Shown here piece by piece: positions 38,742 to 47,557 of a DNA stretch of 64,000 bases. This stretch comes from Meiothermus sp. (GTDB lineage: Bacteria; Deinococcota; Deinococci; Deinococcales; Thermaceae). The notes beneath the pieces are model-generated. The model saw only the letters and a program-made list of their open reading frames with translations, was not told the origin of the DNA and searched no databases. Positions within the stretch are counted from its first letter, which is position 1. Each line of letters begins with the position of its first letter. A program made the position numbers and the translations under genes. Location: NCBI GenBank assembly GCA_033762915.1, contig JANRLD010000010.1, positions 18,801 through 82,800 on the forward strand. The letters are read 5' to 3'.

Positions 38742-39458
38742 CTACAACAGCACGACCAGTGCCAGCAAACCCACACTCTCGCCGACCTCGACCATCGCGC
38801 CGTAGACGTCACCCGAAATCCCCCCGCCCAGCCTGCCTGCCGCCCAGCGGCCCAGCAGCAGCACGCCCGCCGCCATCGTCAGCGTCGCCCAGGGGAGCAG
38901 CACCACGGCGGGCAGCGCGAACAGCGCAGCGGGCAAAATCCGTCCCTCGCGGCTGACCGCACCCAGGCCCTCCTTGCGGGCGGCGGGGAAAAGGTTCATG
39001 GGGATCAGCAAGACGAAACGGGCGAGCGCGGGAACCGCCAGAAACACCAGCGGCGAGACCCCCGCGCCCAGCAGCGCCACCAGCAGTTGCCACTTAAGCA
39101 ACAGGTGGACGAACCCCACCCCGAAGGCGAAACTGCCCACGTGCACGTCGTTCAGGATCTCGAGCCGCCTCTCGACCGGCTTCATCGATAGCAGCGCGTC
39201 GGCGGAGTCGAGCAGCCCGTCCAGGTGCAGCATTCCCGTGCAGGCCAGCCAGACGCCCAACAGCAGGGCGCCCTGCAGGCCGTCCGGCAGTGGCGCGGTT
39301 GCCCAGGCCACCAGCGCCAGCACCGCCCCAATCGCATAGCCCGCCACGGGATAGAAGGCCGAGGCCGAGCGCATCTCGCCCGGCTTCACATCCATGATCT
39401 GCGGCACCGGGAAGGTGGTCAGGAAGCCCAGGGCCAGCCAGAGCGGGCGCAGGCTCAC
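38742..39458 (-). CDS. cobS: Adenosylcobinamide-GDP ribazoletransferase
   Basis: FLTTFP, TGMLHLDGLLDSAD, GGISGDVYGA. Confidence 0.93.
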   Translation of the reverse strand: MSLRPLWLALGFLTTFPVPQIMDVKPGEMRSASAFYPVAGYAIGAVLALVAWATAPLPDGLQGALLLGVWLACTGMLHLDGLLDSADALLSMKPVERRLEILNDVHVGSFAFGVGFVHLLLKWQLLVALLGAGVSPLVFLAVPALARFVLLIPMNLFPAARKEGLGAVSREGRILPAALFALPAVVLLPWATLTMAAGVLLLGRWAAGRLGGGISGDVYGAMVEVGESVGLLALVVLL

Positions 39459-39609
39459 CGCGGCCCCAGCCTTTCGGCCGACCGGGCCTCTTCCTGGCTG
39501 CTCGAGCCGTCCGCCAGCCGCGCTGTGGAGCCCACTGCTTCAGCCTGCCGCAGGGCGCCAGAGCAACCCGAGCAAGGCGACCCGCCGAGCCAGAAAACGT
39601 GCCCGAAAC

Positions 39610-39846
39610 TCACGAGCCTGATTGTACGGGGGTTTTGCCGTAGGTGGCCGCGAACTCCTCGGCCGTGAAGGGCCGGCCCGCCAGGCGGCGGCGCACGGCC
39701 TCGTCCTGGATAGGCTTGGCGTAGGGGCAGTGGCGACACCTCGAGCCGCAGCAGTAGCCGCGTTTAAGGTGGTAGGCCCCGGTGAAAACGTAGAGGTCGT
39801 TCTCCATGTAGTAGTCTACGTTTTCTTTCAGCTCGAGTCGGGGCAT
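39610..39846 (-). CDS. DUF5522-like Cys-rich small protein
   Basis: DYYME...VFTGAYHLKRGYCCGSRCRHCPY. Confidence 0.8.
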   Translation of the reverse strand: MPRLELKENVDYYMENDLYVFTGAYHLKRGYCCGSRCRHCPYAKPIQDEAVRRRLAGRPFTAEEFAATYGKTPVQSGS

Positions 39847-40214
39847 CTGTTCTTCCTTGAAATCATTCTACATCGTGAGTAAGCCTCTTGTAACAATCCC
39901 AACCCACAGTTCTGGAGTGGTTCTTGACCGTGGCGGCCGTGGACTCGGGTTCGGTATGCACCGCGGCCACGCTGAAAACTGCCACAGCGGTGCTTGTGCC
40001 TGTTTGGCCGAACAACCGCAGGTCCGGGATCACGGGCGCAGCCGACGTGTGGGTGGACGGCAGTTTGTGCGTTTTGTCGCGCCCCCACCCTTACGCCTCA
40101 CGCAGTACTGCGCTAAAGCGGGCAGTGAAGCAGGCGCTAAAGCGGGCACTGAAGCGGGCGTGCTGTACCCCGAATGTCCGAGTCTGCGCGTGCGGGTATG
40201 GGTTCGAACCGCTG

Positions 40215-41285
40215 TCAGGTACTGTCCGCAACGCCCGCGCCCTTGAAGGTGGCCATGCCCGCCATCACCTCAGCAGCGGCCCGCAGCACCGGCAGCGCCA
40301 GCACCGCCCCGGTGCCCTCGCCCAGCCGCAGGTCCAGCTCGAGCACCGGCCTCAGCTCCAGCGCTTCGAGTTGCCGAGCGTGCCCCGGCTCCACGGAGCG
40401 GTGCCCCGCGAACAGGTAGCCGCGCACCTCGGGGTGGATGCGGCAGGCCAGCAGCGCCCCCGCCGTCACCGGGAAGCCGTCCGTCACGACCGGAAGCCCG
40501 GCCTCGGCCCCCGCCAGGAAGACGCCCGCGATTGCCCCGATCTCGAGCCCGCCCAACTCGGCCAAGTAGGTGAGCGGGGCCGGGCTCGCGTGCCGCCCGG
40601 CCTCGAAGCGGCTGAGGGCGGTGCGAACGACCTCGAGCTTTTTTACATACCGCGCCCCGTCCACACCCGTCCCGCGGCCAGTCACGGCCTCCGGCGGCAG
40701 CCCCAGCAGCGCCGCCGTGAGGGCGGCCGCGGCGGTCGTGTTGCCGATGCCCATGTCGCCTGCCGCCAGGACGGTCGCGCCCCCCCGGATGGCCTCCCTG
40801 GCGGCCTCCAGACCGGCCCGGACGGCCAGCTCGGCCTCGGCCAGGGTCATGGCCGGCTCTATGGCGATGTTGCCCGTCCCACGGCGCACCTTGCGGCTGT
40901 GTAGGGGCAACAGGCCGGCCGCCCCTGCGGGGTCGGCGTCCTCACCGCCACTCACGCCTACGTCCACCACAACAACCTCCGCACCGGAAGCCCTGGCGAT
41001 CTGGTTGATCGCAGCTCCGCCGGCCCGGAAGTTCAGCACCATTTGCGCGGTCACCTCGCTCGGGTAGGCCGACACGCCCTCGAGGGTCACGCCGTGGTCG
41101 GCGGCGCACACCACCACCGCGCCCTTGCCCAACCTGGGGCGCAAGGTCTGCTGGATGGCCGCCAGCCGGCAGCCCAGCGCCTCGAGAAACCCCAGCGCCC
41201 CCGGCGGCTTGGTGAGGGTGTTGTGGTACTCGAGGGCTTCGGAGAGCCATTCTTGGGATACGGGTCTGATCTGCAGGGGGGTCAT
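40215..41285 (-). CDS. cobT: Nicotinate-nucleotide-dimethylbenzimidazole phosphoribosyltransferase
   Basis: LTKPPGALG, AADHGV, GDMGIGNTT, LRLGEGTGA. Confidence 0.95.
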   Translation of the reverse strand: MTPLQIRPVSQEWLSEALEYHNTLTKPPGALGFLEALGCRLAAIQQTLRPRLGKGAVVVCAADHGVTLEGVSAYPSEVTAQMVLNFRAGGAAINQIARASGAEVVVVDVGVSGGEDADPAGAAGLLPLHSRKVRRGTGNIAIEPAMTLAEAELAVRAGLEAAREAIRGGATVLAAGDMGIGNTTAAAALTAALLGLPPEAVTGRGTGVDGARYVKKLEVVRTALSRFEAGRHASPAPLTYLAELGGLEIGAIAGVFLAGAEAGLPVVTDGFPVTAGALLACRIHPEVRGYLFAGHRSVEPGHARQLEALELRPVLELDLRLGEGTGAVLALPVLRAAAEVMAGMATFKGAGVADST

Positions 41286-41557
41286 AAGACAAGAGGGAGG
41301 CAAGAAGGTTCAGCGGCAAGCTAAGCGGAGCAAGAAACCCAAGCCACCTTGCGCCTAAGCGGATTTTGTTCCATGCGCCGCGAAAACCTTGGGGCTGAAA
41401 TCCGTTCCCCACCGTGTTTTCGGGGTGCGGTGTCCGGGCAGGAGATCCCCCCTCGCAAAAGGCGCTCCCGAGAATCGACGGTTTAGGTGAGGGGGTTGGG
41501 GTTGAAGGAGAGGACTATCGAAGCCTCGCTTAAGGCCCCTGCTCATCGCCCACACCT

Positions 41558-42073
41558 CTACGGCGACTTGATCTTCACCGGAATCCCCGAGACCAGCAGG
41601 TACACCACGTCGGCCTCCTCGGCCAGGCGGCGGTTGGCGGCCCCCAGCAGGTCGCGGTACGCTCTCGCCAGGGCGTTGTCGGGAACGATGCCCATGCCCA
41701 CCTCGTTGGTGACCACCAGCAGAACCTTCTGGGTCTCGGCGCGGATGGCCAGGAGGTTCTCGAGCTCGGGCAGCACCTCGCGCCCGGCGTGCATAAGATT
41801 AGAGACCCACAGGGTCAAGCAGTCCAGCAGCACCACGCCGCCTTGGGCCAGCGAGAGGGCGTAGGGGACTTCCAGTGGCTCCTCGAGGGTCTCCCAAACG
41901 GCGGGCCGGTCGCCCTGGTGCCGCTCGATGCGCTGACTCATCTCCTCGTCCAGGGCTTGCGCGGTGGCGATGAAGCTCACCTTGCCGTCTCCCAGCGCGT
42001 GCGCCCACTCCTGGGCGAAGGCGCTCTTGCCCGCCCTCGCGCCGCCGGTGATGAGGATCAGTTTGGCTTCCAT
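41558..42073 (-). CDS. cobU: Adenosylcobinamide kinase/guanylyltransferase
   Basis: GGARAGKS, DCLTLW, NEVGMGIVP. Confidence 0.95.
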   Translation of the reverse strand: MEAKLILITGGARAGKSAFAQEWAHALGDGKVSFIATAQALDEEMSQRIERHQGDRPAVWETLEEPLEVPYALSLAQGGVVLLDCLTLWVSNLMHAGREVLPELENLLAIRAETQKVLLVVTNEVGMGIVPDNALARAYRDLLGAANRRLAEEADVVYLLVSGIPVKIKSP

Positions 42074-42160
42074 ATCCAAAGACGAAAGGCGAGAACGCAG
42101 GGAGGGAAGGAGGCCCATTGTGCGTGGTTTCCCCTTTCCCCGCTCCCCTCTCCCCGCACT

Positions 42161-42709
42161 TTAACCATGCGCCAACTCCTCCTCCAGGTTCCGCATAAAC
42201 AGCAGCCTCCGCTCGGTCCAGTTGACCCCGATCACCGCGCAGTTGTGGATGCGCCCGTCGTTGCCGGTGGCGCGGACGACGGCGCGGATGGCCCCGCCGT
42301 GGCTGAAGCAGAGGTGACGGCCCGCCGGGAGGCCGGAGAGGAAGGCCTCCAGGCGCTCCCAGATCTGCGCGGCGGTTTCGCCGCCCGGGGCGGCGAAGGC
42401 GTCGAAGTCGAGCAGGGCGTTGCGGATGTCCTCGCGCTCTTGCCAGCTCTGGCCCTCCCAGTCGCCGAAGTTGGCCTCCCGCAGCGCGGAAGTGAGCCGC
42501 GGCTCGCCGTAGGCCAGGCGGGCGGTCTGGGCAGCGCGGCTGAGGTCGGAGGCGTGCACGCTGTCGAACGCATGGCGGAGCAGCCAGGGGCGCAGCTCTA
42601 GTGCCTGGGCCTCGCCCGCTGCGTTCAGGGGAACGTCCGTCCAGCCCTGCATCCGGCCCAGGGCATTCCAGGCGGTCTCGCCGTGGCGCACCAGCCAGAC
42701 CTCAGTCAC
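42161..42709 (-). CDS. Histidine phosphatase family protein (CobC-like alpha-ribazole phosphatase)
   Basis: RHGET, SDLSRA, SHGG; cob operon context. Confidence 0.85.
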   Translation of the reverse strand: MTEVWLVRHGETAWNALGRMQGWTDVPLNAAGEAQALELRPWLLRHAFDSVHASDLSRAAQTARLAYGEPRLTSALREANFGDWEGQSWQEREDIRNALLDFDAFAAPGGETAAQIWERLEAFLSGLPAGRHLCFSHGGAIRAVVRATGNDGRIHNCAVIGVNWTERRLLFMRNLEEELAHG

Positions 42710-43556
42710 GCTGCCCCCCAAGGCCCAGCACCACGAACGGCTGTCCGTCAACGGTCTTCACGTCCACCATTTCACCATAAACCCGCGCCAGCAATTCCCG
42801 TTTCAACACCTGTCCGGGTTGGCCCTGGGCCACAATCCGACCCCCGTGCATGAACGCCACCGCGTCGGCCCTCAGGGCCAGGTTGGGGTCGTGCAACACC
42901 GTTAGCACCCCGATGCCCTGAGAGCGCAGCCCTGCCAGCAGGCAGACGAACTCGGCCTGGTGGTGCAAATCCAGGTGGTTGGTGGGCTCGTCGAGGAGCA
43001 GGAACTGCGGCTGACCGGCCAGCGCTCGAGCCAGCATGACCCGCTGCCGCTCCCCGCCGGAGAGCGTGGGTAGCAGGCGGTGGCGGAATTCGGTGACCTG
43101 GGTCTGCTCCATTGCCCACTCGACGGCCTCGAGGTCGCCGCGCCCCGCCCGCCCCAGCAGGCCCAGGTGCGGGGTGCGCCCCAGCGTCACCACTTCCTCC
43201 ACGCTCAGGTCTTCGGGGTAGCCGCCGTTCTGCGGCAGGAAGGCGATGCGTTGCCCACGTTGCCATGAGGAAACACCCGGATGTGAACTCTGGCGCAGTT
43301 TGACACCATTGGGACGATGAAGCCACTTATCGCCAAGAGTCACGACTCCATCGTTACAGACCAGTAAGCCCGCCATAAGCCGTAGGAGTGTGGACTTCCC
43401 TGAACCATTTGGCCCCAGCAAGGCTAACCATTCCCCTGATTTAAGAGCCAAGCTAATGTTCTCAAGAATCATCTTCTTGCCATAAGAAAAAGACACACCC
43501 TCTGCGGATAGCTGATGGCTGACGGCGGACGGCTTAGAAGTTTCAACCCCCAACAT
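42702..43556 (-). CDS. Cobalamin ABC transporter ATP-binding protein (BtuD-like)
   Basis: GPNGSGKS, LSGGERQR, LLLDEPTNHLD. Confidence 0.9.
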   Translation of the reverse strand: MLGVETSKPSAVSHQLSAEGVSFSYGKKMILENISLALKSGEWLALLGPNGSGKSTLLRLMAGLLVCNDGVVTLGDKWLHRPNGVKLRQSSHPGVSSWQRGQRIAFLPQNGGYPEDLSVEEVVTLGRTPHLGLLGRAGRGDLEAVEWAMEQTQVTEFRHRLLPTLSGGERQRVMLARALAGQPQFLLLDEPTNHLDLHHQAEFVCLLAGLRSQGIGVLTVLHDPNLALRADAVAFMHGGRIVAQGQPGQVLKRELLARVYGEMVDVKTVDGQPFVVLGLGGQRD

Positions 43557-44613
43557 TGCGCTTCCTCCACAACAGATACAAGAAAAACGGCCCGCCCAAC
43601 AACGTGGTCACAATCCCAATCGGTAGCTCCGAGGGGGCGATGACCACTCGAGCGGCCAAGTCGGCCAACACCAGCATCACCGCGCCGCCCAGCGCCGAGG
43701 CCGGCAGCAACCAGCGGTAGTCGCCGCCCAGGAGACGCCGCAGGATGTGCGGGGCCACCAGCCCCACGAAGCCGATGATGCCGGCCTGGGCCACCGCCGC
43801 CGCCGTGAGCAACGTGACCGCCCCGATGATCGCCAGCTTGAGGGCGTTGAGGGGCAGGCCCAGGCTGCGGGCGGTCTCCTCGCCCAAGCTGAGGGCGTTA
43901 AGGGTGCGGCCGAGCAGCAGCAGCACCGGCAGCGCCAGGGCCAGATAAACCGCCAGAGATAGCACGCCGCCCCAGCCCACAAAGGCCAGGTTGCCCAGCG
44001 TGAAGGCCAGCACCGCCCGAACCCGGTCGGCGCTCTGAAGCATCAGGTAGCTCGACAGGCTCACCAGTACCGAGCCCACCACCACGCCCGCCAGGATCAA
44101 GTCGCCGGTGCGGCTGGCCCCGCCGGAGAGGAGCAACACCAGCAGCACCGCCCCCACCGCCCCCGCGAAGCCCGCCAGGGTAGCCGAGGCGGGCAGGAAC
44201 TCGAAGACCGCATTCTGCGCGAAGGCCCCAGTCAACCCACCCGCCAGGCTCACGGCCAGCGTCACCCCCAAAGCCGCCCCCGAGGCCGCGCCCATTAGGT
44301 AGGGGTCGGCCAGCGGGTTGCGGAACAGCCCCTGGAAGGCCGCGCCAGAGATGCCAAGGGCCGCTCCCACCAGCATCGCCGCCAGCACCCGAGGCAGCCT
44401 CAGCTCGGTCACAATCGGGTTCTCTTGCAGCCCGAGGATGGAGCGAACGACCTCGAGCGCCCCCACCTGCACCGCCCCGTACCCCACCCCCAGGATTAGC
44501 CCCAGAAGCAGAAGCCCCAGCAAGAGCCCAAAGACCAGGACCCGCCTCGCAAGCAAACTTCCCCCGCTCCCTCTGCCAAGGGCGGCGACGGTCTGCGGAG
44601 TGGTTGTTCGCAT
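43543..44613 (-). CDS. Cobalamin ABC transporter permease (FecCD/BtuC family)
   Basis: LRLPR, QGLFRNPLADP, GIIGFVGL. Confidence 0.92.
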   Translation of the reverse strand: MRTTTPQTVAALGRGSGGSLLARRVLVFGLLLGLLLLGLILGVGYGAVQVGALEVVRSILGLQENPIVTELRLPRVLAAMLVGAALGISGAAFQGLFRNPLADPYLMGAASGAALGVTLAVSLAGGLTGAFAQNAVFEFLPASATLAGFAGAVGAVLLVLLLSGGASRTGDLILAGVVVGSVLVSLSSYLMLQSADRVRAVLAFTLGNLAFVGWGGVLSLAVYLALALPVLLLLGRTLNALSLGEETARSLGLPLNALKLAIIGAVTLLTAAAVAQAGIIGFVGLVAPHILRRLLGGDYRWLLPASALGGAVMLVLADLAARVVIAPSELPIGIVTTLLGGPFFLYLLWRKRNVGG

Positions 44614-44699
44614 TCTTTCCGCCCTGGGTGGGGCCAACCGCTAAGGGATTGGCCCCACAAAAACCCTTCTCTTGTTCGCCTTGCCGCGCCTTTGAGGTG

Positions 44700-45575
44700 C
44701 TACCTGAGATTGGGGTGGAAACACCCCACCAGCAGCCCCAACCCCTGTGCCACCCGGGGGCCGGGCCTCGAGAGCAAGTCGGCCTGCTCGCCCGCGAAGC
44801 TGCACACGCGGCGGTTCTGCACCGCCCGCACGCCCGCCCAGCCGGCCCGTTTGGCGAGGTCGGCGGCTCCGGGGTGGGTCAGGGCGATGACTGCGGGGTT
44901 CTTCTGCACCACCAGCTCAGGGCTGACCTGGGGAAAGTCGCCCAGCTCACGGGGGATGATGTTAACGCCCCGCGCCTTGGCGATCAGGGTTCCGATGAAG
45001 GAGTTCGGCCCGACCGAGTAGGGGGTGGGGTCTATTTCGTAGTAGACGGTGGGGCGCTCGGCGGCCTTGGCGGCCCGGGTCTCCACCGCGTAGATCTGGG
45101 CCTGAATCTGGGCCACCAGCCGCTCGGCCTGGGCCTCCACCCCCAGCAGGCGGCCCAGCAGGCGGGTGGAGCGGAAGATGTCGTCGTAGCTCTCGGTCCG
45201 CACCGCGAAGGTCTGGACGCCCGCCGCCTCGAGCTGCTCGTACAGCTTGCCGTAGACCGAGACCAGCACCAGGTCTGGCTTAAGGGCCACCATCGCCTCG
45301 AGGTTGGGGTTGAAGTAGCCCCCCACCCTGGGCAGCCTGGTCACCGACTGGGGGAAGTTGGAGAAGTCGTCCACGCCCACCAGCCGCCCGCAGACATTCA
45401 GGGCGCAAACCGTCTCGGTGAGCGAGGGCAGCAACGAGACCACCCGCACCGGCGCGGCCTTGAGGCTCACGACGCGGCCCAGGTCGTCGGTGAGGGTGCG
45501 GGGAAACTGGGCCAAACCGAGGGAGCAGAGCGAAAGGAGGAGCGAGAACAACAACAGCCAGACCAGACGTTTCAT
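44700..45575 (-). CDS. Cobalamin-binding protein (BtuF-like)
   Basis: RVVSLLPSLTETV, LSRPGPR; downstream of a cobalamin riboswitch. Confidence 0.9.
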   Translation of the reverse strand: MKRLVWLLLFSLLLSLCSLGLAQFPRTLTDDLGRVVSLKAAPVRVVSLLPSLTETVCALNVCGRLVGVDDFSNFPQSVTRLPRVGGYFNPNLEAMVALKPDLVLVSVYGKLYEQLEAAGVQTFAVRTESYDDIFRSTRLLGRLLGVEAQAERLVAQIQAQIYAVETRAAKAAERPTVYYEIDPTPYSVGPNSFIGTLIAKARGVNIIPRELGDFPQVSPELVVQKNPAVIALTHPGAADLAKRAGWAGVRAVQNRRVCSFAGEQADLLSRPGPRVAQGLGLLVGCFHPNLR

Positions 45576-45716
45576 GCGTGCTCCGGCAGCTCGAGCCTTG
45601 GTTTAGCTAGGTCACGTAAAACGGCGACCTTGAGATAAGGGTCGCCGCTGAAAATCAGAGTTTCCCCGAATCTCTCCCGTGTGCGCGGGATTCTCCATAT
45701 CGGGTCTGGAGACTTC

Positions 45717-45852
45717 TTGGCAGGTATTCGGACTTGGGGCGGAATTTCAGCGTTTTTCTGAAACCCTATGCACCCTTACCGTTGCGCGACAGTGACGGAT
45801 TTGCACCGTACTTCCCCACTTTAAGCCTGGACTACACGTTCAGGCACCAAGA
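45717..45852 (-). ncRNA. Cobalamin (AdoCbl) riboswitch
   Basis: Minus strand GGGAAGTACGGTGCAAATCCGTCACTGTCGCGCAACGGTA...AAGTCCGAATACCTGCC B12-element motifs; boundaries approximate. Confidence 0.88.
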
Positions 45853-45911
45853 GCTGCTCGAGCTGTCCAGCCCTAGCGGGCCTGATCCCAAGCTACACCC
45901 ACACCCCCGGC

Positions 45912-45940
45912 TTGACAAGGGGCGACACACTTACTACACT
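45912..45940 (+). promoter_or_regulatory. Sigma70-type promoter of tRNA-Leu
   Basis: TTGACA-17 bp-TACACT. Confidence 0.85.
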
Positions 45941-45953
45941 TTTCTTTGCCTTT

Positions 45954-46040
45954 GCCGAGGTGGTGGAACTGGTAGACACACTATCTTGAGGGGGTAGCGG
46001 GCGTAAGCCTGTACGGGTTCAAGTCCCGTCCTCGGCACCA
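45954..46040 (+). tRNA. tRNA-Leu(GAG)
   Basis: GCCGAGG/CCTCGGC acceptor stem, anticodon loop TTGAGGG, long variable arm, GTTCAAGTC T-loop, encoded CCA. Confidence 0.96.
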
Positions 46041-46043
46041 GAG

Positions 46044-46069
46044 GGGCCGCCCAGCGGCCCTGTTTTTTT
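46044..46069 (+). terminator. Intrinsic terminator after tRNA
   Basis: GGGCCGC-CCA-GCGGCCC plus T-run. Confidence 0.85.
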
Positions 46070-46079
46070 GGAGGACACC

Positions 46080-46160
46080 GTGTTCGGCCTGATATCCCAA
46101 CCCAATCCGAGTCTCCGGCGGGAAACCTTCTCGCGGGCAACGGTGGGTTGTATCGGCTAA
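46080..46160 (+). CDS. Putative rtcB leader peptide MFGLISQPNPSLRRETFSRATVGCIG
   Basis: GGAGG 5 nt before GTG; stop 20 nt upstream of a terminator; overlaps alternative hairpin segments. Confidence 0.6.
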   Translation: MFGLISQPNPSLRRETFSRATVGCIG

Positions 46161-46180
46161 ACCGAATCTTCTTGCACCCC

Positions 46181-46207
46181 AGCCCGCAACCCATGCGGGC
46201 TTTTTTG
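46181..46207 (+). terminator. Attenuator terminator upstream of rtcB
   Basis: AGCCCGCA-ACCCA-TGCGGGCT followed by TTTTTG. Confidence 0.85.
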
Positions 46208-46286
46208 TTATGACACACTGGAAACAACAGCTCAATCTGGCTCTCGACCCTCAGCAATCTACTTTCGACATCCTTTGAGGTGAACC

Positions 46287-47507
46287 ATGCGACACGAAGA
46301 CGGAATTGCAGTATTTGGCAACCACGACACCCAGACCCTCGGCCAGCTCCGCGACGTGGCCAGCCGCGCCGACAAGACCGCCATCATGGCCGACGGGCAC
46401 ATGGGCTACATCATGCCAATTGGTGGTGTGGCAGCATACCGCAACAAAATCTCGGTGGCGGGAGTGGGATTCGACATAGCCTGTGGAAACGCGGCGATTC
46501 GCACCGACTTGAAGCTCGAGGCCATCCAGCCTTACCTCGAGCGTCTGGCCGACGAGATCGCCGCCAGTATTAGCTTCGGCGTGGGCCGCTCCAACAAGGC
46601 CGACGACGCCCCCACCGACCACGCCCTCTTTGAGAGCGAGGCTTGGGACGCCCTGCCCGGCAAGACCGTGCGCGAGGCCCTGTGTCAGAAGGCTCGAGCG
46701 CAGCTTGGAACCGTGGGCTCGGGCAACCACTATGTGGACGTGTTTGCCGATGAAAACGGCGACATCTGGGTGGGGGTTCACTTTGGCAGCCGTGGCCTCG
46801 GGCACACCGTGGCCTCGGGCTTTATGGCCCTGTACCAGAACAAGCCTTGGGACGCCCGCAACGTCGAGATTGAGGCGCTCTTGGACCTCGAGTCCGAATT
46901 GGGCAAGGGCTACTGGGCCTTGATGAACCTGGCGGGCGAGTACGCCTACGCTGGGCGCGAGTGGGTGGCGCGTAAGGTGGTGCAGATTTTGGGCGGGAAG
47001 GAGCAGGAACTCGTCCACAACCATCATAATTTCGGGTGGAAAGAGACCCACGAGGGCGAAGAGCTAGTCGTCATCCGTAAGGGCGCAACCCCCGCTTTCC
47101 CTGGACAGAAGGGCTTTGTGGGCGGCAGCATGGGCGACAACGCGGTGATTTTGCAAGGAACCCCCGATGGAGATTCGGCGACCAAGGCCATGCAGGAAGC
47201 TGCGATGTTCTCGACCGTCCACGGCGCAGGCCGCGTGATGAGCCGCAGCCAGGCCATCGGCAAGGTCAACCGCAAGACCGGCGAGGTGATCCGCCAGGGC
47301 CAGGTGACCCCCGGTGCGATGAAGAAGTGGGTCAAGGATAAGGGGGTGATTTTGCGCGGCGGCGGCCTCGACGAAAGCCCCCACGTCTACCGCCGTTTGC
47401 CGGAAGTCTTGGGGGCCCAGGGCAAAACCGTTGAAGTGCTGCACACCCTGCGCCCTTTGATCGTGGTGATGGCCGGGGCCAATGAGGTTGATCCATACAA
47501 GGACTAA
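46287..47507 (+). CDS. rtcB: RNA 3'-phosphate/5'-OH ligase RtcB
   Basis: MADGHMGY, GFDIACGN, GSGNHY, HFGSRG, HNHHN, RKGATPA, HGAGR, DESPHVYR. Confidence 0.95.
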   Translation: MRHEDGIAVFGNHDTQTLGQLRDVASRADKTAIMADGHMGYIMPIGGVAAYRNKISVAGVGFDIACGNAAIRTDLKLEAIQPYLERLADEIAASISFGVGRSNKADDAPTDHALFESEAWDALPGKTVREALCQKARAQLGTVGSGNHYVDVFADENGDIWVGVHFGSRGLGHTVASGFMALYQNKPWDARNVEIEALLDLESELGKGYWALMNLAGEYAYAGREWVARKVVQILGGKEQELVHNHHNFGWKETHEGEELVVIRKGATPAFPGQKGFVGGSMGDNAVILQGTPDGDSATKAMQEAAMFSTVHGAGRVMSRSQAIGKVNRKTGEVIRQGQVTPGAMKKWVKDKGVILRGGGLDESPHVYRRLPEVLGAQGKTVEVLHTLRPLIVVMAGANEVDPYKD

Positions 47508-47519
47508 AACCCAACTACA

Positions 47520-47554
47520 CCTAACCCAAGTACACCTCAAACACTTGGGTTAGG
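47520..47554. terminator. Hairpin between convergent rtcB and membrane-protein gene
   Basis: CCTAACCCAAGT...ACTTGGGTTAGG stem. Confidence 0.7.
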
Positions 47555-47557
47555 CAC

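Noticed and set aside
46041..46286. Y RNA/YrlA-like RNA next to rtcB
   Set aside because: No Ro60/TROVE gene and no tRNA-like T-arm motif; the uORF-terminator reading explains the sequence better.
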